Shown here in pieces: positions 19,112-29,070 of a stretch of DNA of 64,000 nucleotides. The stretch lies in contig OZ244595.1 of the NCBI GenBank assembly GCA_965218235.1, forward strand, positions 1,702,561 to 1,766,560. Reading direction: 5' to 3'. The notes under the pieces were generated by a model. It saw nothing but the letters and a program-made list of their open reading frames with translations, was not told where the DNA came from and did no database searches. How positions within the stretch are numbered: position 1 is the stretch's first letter; every line of letters starts with the position of its first letter. The position numbers and the translations under genes are program-made. The DNA is from Thermomicrobiales bacterium (GTDB lineage: Bacteria; Chloroflexota; Chloroflexia; Thermomicrobiales; UBA6265).

Positions 19112-19659
19112 GCCGGAACGATCGCCGTGGCCGGGGACGAGACCGAAGCAACGGCGGGAAGTGGCGGGAGCAGGCGGGAGCGCACCTGGGCCCGATGAGC
19201 ACGCCTGTAACGATGCCGACAATGCGGGACCGGCACGCCGAGGGCCGGATCATGGGGCTGGACGTCGGTGGCCGCCGGATCGGCGTCGCGCTCAGCGACG
19301 AGACCCGGTTGATCGCGACCCCGCTCCAGTTCGTCGAGCGGGGCGAGGGCGACCGCAAAGCGTTCGCCGACCTCATCCAGCATTACGCCATCGGCCGCCT
19401 GGTGGTTGGCCTCCCAACCGGGATGAGCGGCCGCGAGGGACCGCAGTCAGCCGATGTCCGCACCTACGCCGATCGCCTCGCGATCGACCTCGAGCTGCCG
19501 ATGGACTACTGGGACGAGCGGCTCTCGACCGCCATCGCCGAGCGGACCCTGATCGCGGGTGGAACCAGCCGCTCCGACCGCCGGATCCGCGTCGACGCCG
19601 TCGCCGCGGCGGTCATCCTCCAGGGCTTTTTGGACCACGAGCGCTACCGATCGCAGTGA
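19108..19659 (+). CDS. ruvX: Holliday junction resolvase-like nuclease RuvX (YqgF)
   Basis: Conserved core IMGLDVGGRRIGVALSD ... VVGLP ... DERLST. The start is uncertain. GTG at 19108 overlaps the upstream stop (GTGA) and third-position GC stays high. Alternatives are ATG at 19195, 19222 and 19252. Confidence 0.8.
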   Translation: MSRNDRRGRGRDRSNGGKWREQAGAHLGPMSTPVTMPTMRDRHAEGRIMGLDVGGRRIGVALSDETRLIATPLQFVERGEGDRKAFADLIQHYAIGRLVVGLPTGMSGREGPQSADVRTYADRLAIDLELPMDYWDERLSTAIAERTLIAGGTSRSDRRIRVDAVAAAVILQGFLDHERYRSQ

Positions 19660-19726
19660 GCACGGGCCGTTGCGTTGCGAAAATACTCTCCAGGTGACCG
19701 ACAAGACGTTCGAGGAGGCAAAGACC

Positions 19727-20305
19727 GTGTCCGACATCGCCGCCAACCCCGTCCTCCAGGTCATCATCGCCAGCACGCGTCCCGGCCGTGTCGGTCTGCC
19801 GGTCAGCACCTGGGTCGCCGATACCGCCCGGGAACACGGCGCGTTCCGCGTCGAGATCGCCGATCTGGCGGTGATCGATCTTCCGCTCTTCAACGAGCCG
19901 CATCACCCTCGGCTTGGCCGGTACGAGCACCAGCACACACGGCGCTGGAGCGAGACCATCGGTAATTCCGACGCATTCGTCTTCGTCATGCCGGAGTACA
20001 ACTACGGTTACCCGGCGAGCCTGAAGAACGCGCTCGACTACCTGTCGAAGGAGTGGGCCTACAAGCCGGTCGTGCTTGTCTCGTACGGCGGCGTCTCGGG
20101 CGGGCTCCGGGCCGCGACCGGACTTCAGCCGGTCCTGACCGGACTGCGTCTGCTGACGAGCGCCGGAGCGCTTCCGATCCCCGGTGTCTCGGCGCTGGTG
20201 AAGGACGGCGTCTTCACGCCCACGGACGCCCTGTCCGGTCAGCTCGACACGATTCTGACCGAGCTGGCGCGGATCACCCCGATCGCCGCCCAGATGCGCC
20301 CATAG
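19727..20305 (+). CDS. NAD(P)H-dependent FMN reductase family oxidoreductase
   Basis: VLQVIIASTRPGR ... DAFVFVMPEYNYGYPASLKNALDYL. GTG at 19727 lies 9 nt after GGAGG. Confidence 0.75.
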   Translation: MSDIAANPVLQVIIASTRPGRVGLPVSTWVADTAREHGAFRVEIADLAVIDLPLFNEPHHPRLGRYEHQHTRRWSETIGNSDAFVFVMPEYNYGYPASLKNALDYLSKEWAYKPVVLVSYGGVSGGLRAATGLQPVLTGLRLLTSAGALPIPGVSALVKDGVFTPTDALSGQLDTILTELARITPIAAQMRP

Positions 20306-20341
20306 CTCTATTCGCCGGAAGTCCGACCGTGAGACCGGCGA

Positions 20342-20367
20342 CGGCTCCAGAGGTCTTTTTGGAGCCG
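20342..20367. terminator. weak hairpin between convergent FMN-reductase and metG genes
   Basis: CGGCTCCA / TGGAGCCG, an 8-bp stem with a T-rich loop (GAGGTCTTTT). Confidence 0.3.
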
Positions 20368-20468
20368 ACTGACGCGGGTTTCGACGTCGGGCGCCACCCG
20401 GCCGGTCAGGGATGCGAGTCAACGCGCTCGTTCGCCGCGTCGAAACCAATGTCCTTCAGGAAGTCCCA

Positions 20469-22079
20469 TCAGGGTCGAGGCGGATCGACCGTGGCGGGCT
20501 CCTCCAGTTTCGGGAACAGCGGTCCGGCCGGGTTCAGCTGACCGACCGTCGGTCCCTGCCAGAAGGCAGCGCTCGCCCAGTCGCCAGCCATGGCCGGCGG
20601 CAATCCAAGCTGACCGGCGATCTTCGCCGCCGCGCCGGGGATGAACGGGCTCGTCAGGATCGAGATCACCCGAGTTGACTCGGCCGCGAAGGCCAGCGTC
20701 GTCTCCAGATCCGCCTGCCGGTCGGGAAGCTTCGCGATCTTCCACGGCTGCCGCTCCTCCAGGTACTGGTTGGTCCGCCGCACCAGCGTCCAGATACCCT
20801 CCAGCGCCCGGTCGGTCGCCCAGGCGTCCAGCTGCTCCTCGGTGGTCACCTTCGCCGTTTCGGCGACGCGGACGAGCTCAGCCTCGAAGTCGCCTGGGTC
20901 AGTGGCGGCCGGCACCGTTCCGCCGCGGTAGCGCCCGACCATCGCGACGACTCGGTTGAGCAGGTTGCCGAGGTCGTTGGCGAGATCGTCCGTGTAGCGC
21001 CGGGCCACGTTCGACCGGGAGAAGTCGCCATCGTTCGCGAACGAGATGTCCCGCAGCAAGGTGTAGCGGACGGCGTCGGTGCCGAACTCCTCGACGACCT
21101 CGGTCGGGTCGATCACATTGCCGTCCGTCTTCGAGATCTTCCTGCCATTCAGACTCAGGAAACCGTGGACGGCGACCTGCTTCGGCGCGGGTAGACCGGC
21201 GGACATCAGCATCGCCGGCCAGTAGAGGCAGTGATGCCGGGTGATGTCCTTGCCGACGACATGGGTGTCGATCGGCCAGTACCGCTCGAAGCGATCCATG
21301 TCGTCCGGAAAGCCGAGCCCGGTCAGGTACGTGGTCAGGGCGTCGAACCAGACATACATCACCTGGGAGTCGTCGCCCGGTACGGGGACGCCCCACGCGA
21401 CCCCGTCCTGGCGTCGTTTTCGGCTGACCGAGAAGTCGCGCAGCCCCTGGTCGATCCAGCCCAGCACTTCCGCCCGGCGGTGACTGGGAACGATGAAGTC
21501 CTCATCAGCCGTGATCAGATCGCGGAGCCGGTCCGCGTAGGCCGAGAGCCGAAAGAAGTAGTTCTCCTCTTCGAGGTACTCGGGGGTGATTGACGGGTGC
21601 TGGGGGCAGCGGCCGTTGATCAAGTCCTCCTCGGTGTAGAAGTTGTTGCAGTTCGGGCAGTAGTACCCCGAGTAGGCGGCCTGATAGATGTCGCTGTTCG
21701 CGACAACACGCCGGTAGAGCTCCTGAGCGGCGCGGAAGTGGCGCGGCTCGGTCGTCCGAACCCAGTCGGTCGGGTGGACATCGAGCGCGTCCCAGGCCCT
21801 CCGGAAGGCGACGTCCATCTGGTCGGTCCAGGTCTCCGGCGTCTCACCCGCCTTCTGGGCCGCCACGACGACATGCTGGCTGTTCTCGTCGTTGCCCATC
21901 ACGAACGCCACATCGTCGCCCCGGAGGACGTGGTAGCGAGCGACGGCATCGGCCGTGACCTTCTCTAGCGAGTGGCCAATGTGCGGAGCGGCATTTGGGT
22001 AATCGATCGCCGTCGTCACCGCGAAGCGACCAGGATGGCTACTGGGCCGCTGGGCCGTGTCACTCATGGTCTGATCCAT
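20469..22079 (-). CDS. metG: methionine--tRNA ligase
   Basis: HIGH-type motif (PHIGH), KISKT (KMSKS) motif, and a CPxC-type zinc knuckle (CPNCN ... CPQH). Confidence 0.95.
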   Translation of the reverse strand: MDQTMSDTAQRPSSHPGRFAVTTAIDYPNAAPHIGHSLEKVTADAVARYHVLRGDDVAFVMGNDENSQHVVVAAQKAGETPETWTDQMDVAFRRAWDALDVHPTDWVRTTEPRHFRAAQELYRRVVANSDIYQAAYSGYYCPNCNNFYTEEDLINGRCPQHPSITPEYLEEENYFFRLSAYADRLRDLITADEDFIVPSHRRAEVLGWIDQGLRDFSVSRKRRQDGVAWGVPVPGDDSQVMYVWFDALTTYLTGLGFPDDMDRFERYWPIDTHVVGKDITRHHCLYWPAMLMSAGLPAPKQVAVHGFLSLNGRKISKTDGNVIDPTEVVEEFGTDAVRYTLLRDISFANDGDFSRSNVARRYTDDLANDLGNLLNRVVAMVGRYRGGTVPAATDPGDFEAELVRVAETAKVTTEEQLDAWATDRALEGIWTLVRRTNQYLEERQPWKIAKLPDRQADLETTLAFAAESTRVISILTSPFIPGAAAKIAGQLGLPPAMAGDWASAAFWQGPTVGQLNPAGPLFPKLEEPATVDPPRP

Positions 22080-22230
22080 CCATTCTGGCCCGGTTCACAC
22101 CTATCGAACCGGGGCGTCAGCCGGTACGGGCCGGGCAAACGCAACCATGACCGGCCCCGTCCTGAGGCCAGTCTCATCGTCTTCGGCGCGGCAGACACCA
22201 TTGGGAAGGACGGCCCGGCGGCACCTGCCG

Positions 22231-22776
22231 CTAGCGCATCATCATGTCCTCGATATTTCCGGCCCACGGGCCGACGCCGGGGAGGAACGGCTGGATCAGT
22301 GCCCGCTCGATCTGGACAAGGTGCGTCAGATCGTGCGCCGGAACGTAGTGAAGCATCTGGCCGAGCGTAATCCGACCGTACTGGCTGTGGACGGCCTCGC
22401 GTTCCAGGTCGTCAGTCACAAGTGTCTCGATCAACTCGAGCGTCCCGGCCCGCAGGGCGGCGATGTCCTCGGCGATCGCGCTGGAGGTGCGCTCCGTTTC
22501 CCACTGGGCGGCGTTCTGGTCGACGTTCCCGATCACCGGGGAGCCAGCGAGGAATGCCCTGATCCGGGGTGGAAAGACCAGCCGCTCCGTGTCGAGGAGA
22601 TGCTGCAGGACCTCATACGGTGACCACTCATCGACCAGCGGCCGCCGGCGCAGGACATCCTCGGGGATCGTCGAGGCGAGCGCAAGCAGCCGTGGGGCGG
22701 TCGTCGACAACACCCGCGGCAGGAAGGCAAGCAACTCGTCGGCTGGGAGCGGTTCTCCGATGGCACCCGTGGTCAT
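22231..22776 (-). CDS. DinB-family protein
   Basis: About 180 aa with DinB-like His motifs (EVLQHLLDTE, YVPAHDLTHL). Its ATG at 22776 lies 2 nt after the metH stop. Confidence 0.65.
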   Translation of the reverse strand: MTTGAIGEPLPADELLAFLPRVLSTTAPRLLALASTIPEDVLRRRPLVDEWSPYEVLQHLLDTERLVFPPRIRAFLAGSPVIGNVDQNAAQWETERTSSAIAEDIAALRAGTLELIETLVTDDLEREAVHSQYGRITLGQMLHYVPAHDLTHLVQIERALIQPFLPGVGPWAGNIEDMMMR

Positions 22777-22778
22777 CT

Positions 22779-25700
22779 CTACAGGTCCTCGATCAGGCCA
22801 GCGCGGCTCAGGGCGAAGTACTTGGCGTCGGGATGGTGGATCACGATAGCCGCCGTCGTCTGCTCGGGCTCGAACTGGAAGCCGTCCGTCACCTCGATCC
22901 CGATCTGTCCCACATCGATGACCCGGTCGAGAATCGCATGCTGCTCCAGGTCCGGGCAGGATGGATAGCCCCACGAGTAGCGCTTTCCGGACTCCTCGCC
23001 GATCCCGAGCTCACGCCGAACCCGCTGATGGATGAATTCGGCCAGCCCCTCGGCCGTCTGGACGCTCAGCCCGTGGGCGTAGAAGCTCGCCGAGTATTCG
23101 CCCCGCGCCTGGAGTTGCTCGGTATGGACCGTCGCCTCGCGCCCGGCGGTGACGATCTGGAAGGCGACGACGTCCTTGATGCCCGACTCGACCGGCAGGA
23201 AGTAGTCGGCCAGGCAGAGGCGCTCCCGGGCCGGCTGTCGCGGGAACGGGAACCGTGCGATCTCGCGGTTCGGGTCGTCCGGGCCATAGACGATCAGATC
23301 GTTACCGGAGCTGTTGGCGGGGAAGTAGCCGTAGCGAACCCGCGGCCGGAGCCAGTGACTGGCGACCGCGTCGGCCTGCAACTCCTGGAGGCGAGGCAGG
23401 AACTCCTCCCGCTGGAGTGTCTCCCACGCCCCGTCCTTGACGCCCTTGCCGCCCCAGTGGAGCCGGAACAGCGTCTTCAGGTCGAGATGGGGCCAGACAT
23501 CCTTGAGGTCGATGTCGGTCTCGCGCTCCTCGCGGACACCCCAGAACGGCGGGACCGGGATCTCGTCCGCGGCGAGCCGGCGGACGGTGATCCCGTCGAC
23601 GGCGGTCGACTCGGCCGGGACGCTGAACGCCTGCCGGCCGACCTTGCCGATGCTGACCTTCGCGTCCGAGAGTGTCGATGCGACCAGCGACTCGCGCTCC
23701 TCCGGGTCAACGATCCGCTCCATCAGGGACAGTCCCTCGAAGGCGTCCTTGGCGTAGAAGACGCCGGGCTCGTAGGCCGTCTCGTCGGCGACGAACAGCG
23801 CCCGGTGGGCATAGGCCCGGTTGATCGCGGCACCACCGATGATGACCGGGATGCCGAGGTTCTGGTGATGAAGCTCCTTGACACAGAGCGGCATCTGCTT
23901 GCTCGTGCTGACCAGCAGGGCCGAGAGCCCGATCGCGGTCGCGTTGACCTCGATCGCCTTGTCGATGATCTTGCTGATCGGGACCTGCTTGCCGAGATCA
24001 TGGACGGTGTAGCCGTTGTTGCTCAGGATCGTATTGACCAGGTTCTTGCCGATGTCATGGACATCCCCGAAGACCGTCGCCAGAACGACCGTCCCCTTGC
24101 TCGTCCCTTCGACCCGGTCGAGGTAATTCTCGAGCTGGTTGACCGCCTTCTTCATCACCTCGGCCGACTGGAGCACGAACGGCAGGATCAGTTCCCCGGA
24201 TCCGAACTTGTCGCCGACCTCCTTCATCGCCGGCAGAAGGACGTTGTTGAGGACTTCAACGGCGTCACCCGAGTCGGCCACAGCCTGATCGACGTTGGCC
24301 TCGACGCCCTCCCGCTTGCGGTAGACGATCTGGAAGTGGAGGCGCTCGCGGGGAGTCATCTCCAGCATGGGGTCGGGGCCGCCGCTTGCCTCCTCGGTCC
24401 GGCCCTCGAAGTGCTCGATGACCCGGGCGAGCGCGTCGGTCCGGCGGTTGAAGACCAGGTCCTCGGCCAGCTCGCGCTCGATGTCCGGAATCTCGCCGTA
24501 AGGCACGACGTGGCTCGGGTGGATGATGGCAAGATCGAGACCCGCCTTGATCGCGTGGTAGAGGAAGACGGCGTTGATGACGCGCCGGGCGACCGGGTTG
24601 ATGCCGAAGCTGACGTTCGACACCCCGAGGATCGACAGGACGCCGGGCAGCTCCCGCTCGATCCGGCGGATGCCTTCGATCGTCTCGATCGCCGAGCTCT
24701 GGAACTCCGGATCGCCGGTCGTCAGCGGAAAGGTCAGGGCATCGTAGATCAGCGCGTTCGGCGCCAGGCCGTACTCGCCGACGACGAGGTCATGGATCTT
24801 GCGGGCAACCTCGACCTTCCGGTCAGCCGTCTTGGCCATCCCGTCCTCGTCGATCGTCAGGGCGATGACGGCTGCCCCGTGGGCCAGCGCCATCGGCAGC
24901 ACGGCGTCGATCTTCCCGCGGCCGTCCTCCATGTTGATGGAGTTGATGATCGCCCGGCCGGGGTACTGCTCCAGGGCGTCGAGGATCGCGCCAGGCTCGG
25001 TCGAGTCCAGCACGATCGGCGACTCGACGCTCAGGGCCAGCTTCTTGGTCAGGGTCCGGAGCGTCTCACGCTCCTCCTCATCGGTGCGCTCGGTCAACGC
25101 GACGCAGAGGTCGAGGGCGTGGGCTCCCTCCTCGACCTGGCCGCGGGCGACGGCCATGATCCCCTCGTCGTCCCCTTCGAGGACGAGCCGCTTGACCTTG
25201 CGCGACCCGAGCGTGTTGACGCGCTCGCCGACGATCATCGGCGCCGGCTGTTGCTGGAGATCGACGGCGCGGAGCATGCTCGCGATCGCCGGCCGCGGTT
25301 CGGTCGGGCGGCTCGGGGCGCTCAGGCTCGGCCGGCGTTCGAGCTCGGAGACGAGGGTGTTGAGGTGATCGGTCGTCGTCCCGCAGCACCCGCCGACGAC
25401 CCCGACGCCGAAGTCGTCGATCATCTCCCGGAGGGCCCGGGCCATCGGTTCGGGTTCGAGCGGGAAGACCGCCAGCCCGTTGACGTTGATCGGGATGCCG
25501 GCGTTCGGGATGATCGCGACCGGCCGGGTGCTGAACTCGCCGAGATAGCGGGCTGGCTCGCGCATATGCTCCGGTCCGGTGCTGCAATTCAGGCCGATGA
25601 CATCGACCGGCAGCGACTCCAGGATCGAGAGGGCGGCGGCGATGTCGGTCCCGAGGAGCATACGGCCGCTGACGTCGAGCGTGATCGAAGCGTGAATCGG

Positions 25701-26318
25701 AATCTCGACGCCGGTCTCCTGACGGATCCTCAGAGCGGCGTGGACGGCGGCCTTGAGTTCCAGGATGTCCTGGACGGTCTCGATGATGAGCACGTCCGAA
25801 CCGCCGTCAACGAGACCGCGGATCTGATCCAGAAACAGATCGACGACCTGCTGGAAGCGGTGCTGACCGAGCATCGGATCGTCGGAGGCCGGAAGCAGCC
25901 CGGTCGGGCCGATCGACCCGGCGACGAAGCGGGGCCGGGCGGCGGTCGAATACGCGTCCGCGACCTTCCGGGCCAGCGCCGCGGCGTCCCGGTTGATCTC
26001 GTAGGTCAGGTCGCCGAGTCCGTACTCCTCCAGCTTGATGCTGCTGCCGCCGAATGTGTCTGTCTCGAGGACATCGACGCCGACATCGAGGAAGCTGGCG
26101 TGGAGGCGCTCGATCACGTCCGGACTGTGGAGGACGAGCGCCTCGTTGCAACCCTCCTTGCCCCCGTAGGACGAGATCGGCAGCTCCATATTGAGAATCG
26201 TGGCGCCCATCGAGCCATCGTAGACGAGCAGGCGGTCGCGGGTCGCGTCGAGATAGGCGTTGGCGGTGACATGCCGAGCGAGGGGGGTGCGCGGGTCAAG
26301 GGTCAGGGTATCGGTCAC
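22779..26318 (-). CDS. metH: cobalamin-dependent methionine synthase
   Basis: Hcy-binding N-terminus (LLVYDGSMGA ... GGCCGTT), pterin-binding region, B12-binding motif (GDVHDIGKN) and a C-terminal activation domain. GTG at 26318 follows GGGAGCC. The ORF is open to 26411. Confidence 0.93.
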   Translation of the reverse strand: MTDTLTLDPRTPLARHVTANAYLDATRDRLLVYDGSMGATILNMELPISSYGGKEGCNEALVLHSPDVIERLHASFLDVGVDVLETDTFGGSSIKLEEYGLGDLTYEINRDAAALARKVADAYSTAARPRFVAGSIGPTGLLPASDDPMLGQHRFQQVVDLFLDQIRGLVDGGSDVLIIETVQDILELKAAVHAALRIRQETGVEIPIHASITLDVSGRMLLGTDIAAALSILESLPVDVIGLNCSTGPEHMREPARYLGEFSTRPVAIIPNAGIPINVNGLAVFPLEPEPMARALREMIDDFGVGVVGGCCGTTTDHLNTLVSELERRPSLSAPSRPTEPRPAIASMLRAVDLQQQPAPMIVGERVNTLGSRKVKRLVLEGDDEGIMAVARGQVEEGAHALDLCVALTERTDEEERETLRTLTKKLALSVESPIVLDSTEPGAILDALEQYPGRAIINSINMEDGRGKIDAVLPMALAHGAAVIALTIDEDGMAKTADRKVEVARKIHDLVVGEYGLAPNALIYDALTFPLTTGDPEFQSSAIETIEGIRRIERELPGVLSILGVSNVSFGINPVARRVINAVFLYHAIKAGLDLAIIHPSHVVPYGEIPDIERELAEDLVFNRRTDALARVIEHFEGRTEEASGGPDPMLEMTPRERLHFQIVYRKREGVEANVDQAVADSGDAVEVLNNVLLPAMKEVGDKFGSGELILPFVLQSAEVMKKAVNQLENYLDRVEGTSKGTVVLATVFGDVHDIGKNLVNTILSNNGYTVHDLGKQVPISKIIDKAIEVNATAIGLSALLVSTSKQMPLCVKELHHQNLGIPVIIGGAAINRAYAHRALFVADETAYEPGVFYAKDAFEGLSLMERIVDPEERESLVASTLSDAKVSIGKVGRQAFSVPAESTAVDGITVRRLAADEIPVPPFWGVREERETDIDLKDVWPHLDLKTLFRLHWGGKGVKDGAWETLQREEFLPRLQELQADAVASHWLRPRVRYGYFPANSSGNDLIVYGPDDPNREIARFPFPRQPARERLCLADYFLPVESGIKDVVAFQIVTAGREATVHTEQLQARGEYSASFYAHGLSVQTAEGLAEFIHQRVRRELGIGEESGKRYSWGYPSCPDLEQHAILDRVIDVGQIGIEVTDGFQFEPEQTTAAIVIHHPDAKYFALSRAGLIEDL

Positions 26319-26650
26319 GGCGGCGGCTCCCGGCTGAGAGTTGATGACGGCTCGGACCGCGCGACTCGTGTCGCGTCCGGGTGGCGGGTCGGACGGACCA
26401 GGGAACGCCACGATCCCGTTGCATCGCTCACCTATTGTAACCGCCCGAAAACTCGGCCAGACGATCCTGCCTGCATGGCATTATCTGGCTCCCGGTCCTG
26501 TCCAGCTTTCACCCCGCACAATCAGGAAACAGGCTGCTACAATCACGATTCAGGGAACTCATCAGGGACGATCCGTCCTGCTGGCCGTTCGGTGCCGGCG
26601 GAGTGCTCCTGTCGACTCGTCGGCCAGCCCGTAGGCAGAGGATGAATCGC

Positions 26651-28345
26651 ATGTCGGACACAGGACCTTCCCGCATGGACACTGTCGTCCCGGACCCTCA
26701 GGCTCAAGATACCGATGGGCGGGCGAGTAGCATGGCCACGACTCCGAACTCGCGGATGGAGAGCGCCGAGCTGATCGAGCGCATGTCCGAGCGACTCCGT
26801 TTCTATGAGTCATTCGACGCCCTGATCCAGCAGAACATCGCCCGCTCCGGGCAACTGATGCGAGAGGCCGGCGAGAAGCGGGACGAGGCCGTCGCGACGA
26901 TTGCCCAGAGCCGGAGGCAGATCGAGACGGAGCGCGAGACCCAGCGATCCGCGCTGACCGAATTGCTGGACGACGTGATGACGATTCAGCAGGCGACCGA
27001 GCGTCTTGCCCATCGGGTCTCCGACGCGCTTGAGCAGGTCGAGTACGAGCTCGAGCCGATCGGTCTCCATGACGCGGGAGCATTGGGGAGCCAGCAGTCC
27101 GTTCGACTCCCGGCCGGGTTGTCTTCGCCCGGCGACGCGTACCGGAGCGTCGCCGAAGACGTTCACGACGAGTATCGCCACGGTGTGCTTGGTCGACCAG
27201 CGACCGGTGGGGCTTCGGCAACGACGGAACCGGTCACCAGTGGTACGGAACCGATCGCTCACGGTCAGTTCGACTCCTCGCGGGGAATCGAGCCGGTTCA
27301 GGCGACCCGGGATGCATCCGGGTTAGGCGCCAATCGCGTCTTAAGCAATCCCGAGAACACCGGAATCGTCCACGACCAGGTGTCGGAGCGGGACGTCGAG
27401 GAGACCGGCGGCCAGGCCACGGACGAGCGGGAAGTGCACGAGGCGGCACCAGGCCAGGGCGCCGAGGCGGCTCCGGTCGAGTCCAGCGCCGAGTCGTGGA
27501 CATCCGAACCGAATATGGTGGCTGATCCGACCGACGAGGATCTGACCAGCGTCGTCGAACCCTACGCCGAGGCCCATGTGGCGCCCTACGCCGAGCAGTC
27601 CGAGCCGGGCAGCGATACACCTGACCCCGACAGACAGATCGCCTCCGATACGTCGGATAGCGCCATTGGAACCGAAGACGAACCAGCGGGCACATCGTCA
27701 TCCGATTCCGACTATGACGAAATCCCCCTGGAAGTTGGCAGCGCGTTCGGTCCATCCACCGAACCAGCGAGCGAAAACCTTACCAGCCCCGACGACGCCC
27801 CGATCGAGTCGTCGATCGAGACGACTCCGGGCCTTGACGACGCGTCCGGCGACGCATCACTCGAGACCGGCGTCGATGCCGAGATCATCATGGTCGCCGC
27901 GGACGGTGCTGATGTCGCCACGGAGACGACACCTCTTATCGCTGAGGATGCGACCTCGTCGGACGCCGATGGCTCCCCGGAGTCGGAAAGCGACCTCGCC
28001 GCCAGCGCCGCCAAGACCGCGACGACGACAGTTCAACCGGACAGCGTTGTTCATGAGGCCCATTCGGTTTCGGCACCGGCCGAACCAGCGCGCGAGCAGC
28101 AGACCACCGTGGTGCTGGACGGCGTTCCGCGGGCCGCCGTCGCCCTCGCGATCCAGCGGCACATCCTGTCCCGTCCCGAGGTCCTCCGGGCGGAAGTCCG
28201 GGAGTACTACGACCACCGGCTGACGCTATTCGTGACCGGCCGCCGCGCCACGACCGTCGACGACCTCGAGGACTGGGATGGCTCGGCAACGTGGGAGCAG
28301 ATCCGGTCGTCGCCCGAACTCATCGAACTCCGCATGGTGATGTAG
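26651..28345 (+). CDS. hypothetical acidic protein (N-terminal coiled coil, long Asp/Glu/Ser/Thr/Pro-rich disordered region, small folded C-terminal domain)
   Basis: ATG at 26651 lies 8 nt after AGAGGA (alternative ATG at 26642). Heptad-like N-terminus (ERMSERLRFYESFDALIQQNIARSGQLMREAGEKRDEAVATIAQSRRQIE). C-terminus TTVVLDGVPRAAVALAIQRHILSRPEVLRAEVREYYDHRLTLFV. Confidence 0.55.
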   Translation: MSDTGPSRMDTVVPDPQAQDTDGRASSMATTPNSRMESAELIERMSERLRFYESFDALIQQNIARSGQLMREAGEKRDEAVATIAQSRRQIETERETQRSALTELLDDVMTIQQATERLAHRVSDALEQVEYELEPIGLHDAGALGSQQSVRLPAGLSSPGDAYRSVAEDVHDEYRHGVLGRPATGGASATTEPVTSGTEPIAHGQFDSSRGIEPVQATRDASGLGANRVLSNPENTGIVHDQVSERDVEETGGQATDEREVHEAAPGQGAEAAPVESSAESWTSEPNMVADPTDEDLTSVVEPYAEAHVAPYAEQSEPGSDTPDPDRQIASDTSDSAIGTEDEPAGTSSSDSDYDEIPLEVGSAFGPSTEPASENLTSPDDAPIESSIETTPGLDDASGDASLETGVDAEIIMVAADGADVATETTPLIAEDATSSDADGSPESESDLAASAAKTATTTVQPDSVVHEAHSVSAPAEPAREQQTTVVLDGVPRAAVALAIQRHILSRPEVLRAEVREYYDHRLTLFVTGRRATTVDDLEDWDGSATWEQIRSSPELIELRMVM

Positions 28346-28387
28346 CCATCGAGTGATTGCGAGAAGCGAACCGGACAGGAGCAATAA

Positions 28388-28963
28388 TCAGGCGCTGCGG
28401 CGGATGGCGCGGTGGAGGGCGCGGGCGATGTCGGCCCGGGCGCGATTGCTCAACTGGAGGAGTTCGGCCCTCGTCGGCGTCGGCATGTCGAAGTAGTCGA
28501 AGAGCTGGTCGAGTTCACCATCCACCGCGCGAGCGCGCTCCTCCTCGTTGCGGAGCTGCCGGAGATCCGACCCGAGCGAGTCGGCGATGCGGTCGAGGAC
28601 CTCGTAGGACGGCACCGTCAGGCCGCGCTCAATTCGGCTGAGATGAGACGGCGAGACACCGGCGGCGTCGGCCAGCTGGTGCAGCGACATCTCGCGCCGG
28701 AGCCGGAGGGCCTTGATCGTCGGACCGACCCGCTGGCGGACCGCTGGCTGATGCGGCATCCAGAGATCGGCCTGGCCACCGTTCCGATCCTCGGAAAGGG
28801 CCTGCCGAAGGATCCGCGCGTTCTCCGGCGCGGCGACCGGCCGTGGGGTTCCCCCAGCCCGGTGGACGATCGCTGTGCGCGCCATCGGTTGGGGGCCGAT
28901 GCCACTTCGACCGTTCTGTCCGGGCCGTCCCTGCTGTCCGTTGGGAAACGACGGTTCACGCAT
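28388..28963 (-). CDS. XRE-family helix-turn-helix transcriptional regulator
   Basis: HTH LRLRREMSLHQLADAAGVSPSHLSRIERGLTVPSYEVLDRIADSLG. ATG at 28963 follows GAGAGGA. The N-terminal ~100 aa are Gly/Pro/Arg/Gln-rich. Confidence 0.75.
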   Translation of the reverse strand: MREPSFPNGQQGRPGQNGRSGIGPQPMARTAIVHRAGGTPRPVAAPENARILRQALSEDRNGGQADLWMPHQPAVRQRVGPTIKALRLRREMSLHQLADAAGVSPSHLSRIERGLTVPSYEVLDRIADSLGSDLRQLRNEEERARAVDGELDQLFDYFDMPTPTRAELLQLSNRARADIARALHRAIRRSA

Positions 28964-29055
28964 CGAAAGGTCCTCTCGTAAGGCCATCGCAGGTCGATGG
29001 GGCTGGCCATTCAGGCGCTGGTCCGATGGGTGCGGGGCCGGCGTCGTCGACGGCC

Positions 29056-29070
29056 TCGAATCGAATCGAA
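29056..29070. repeat. pentanucleotide microsatellite (TCGAA)x3
   Basis: Read directly: tcgaatcgaatcgaa. Confidence 0.9.

Noticed and set aside
22569-26645. 1358-aa ORF on the plus strand
   Set aside because: It is entirely antisense to metH, whose product has unmistakable motifs. The composition is extremely Arg/Asp/Gly/Leu-rich with no motifs. This is the typical open antisense frame of high-GC DNA.
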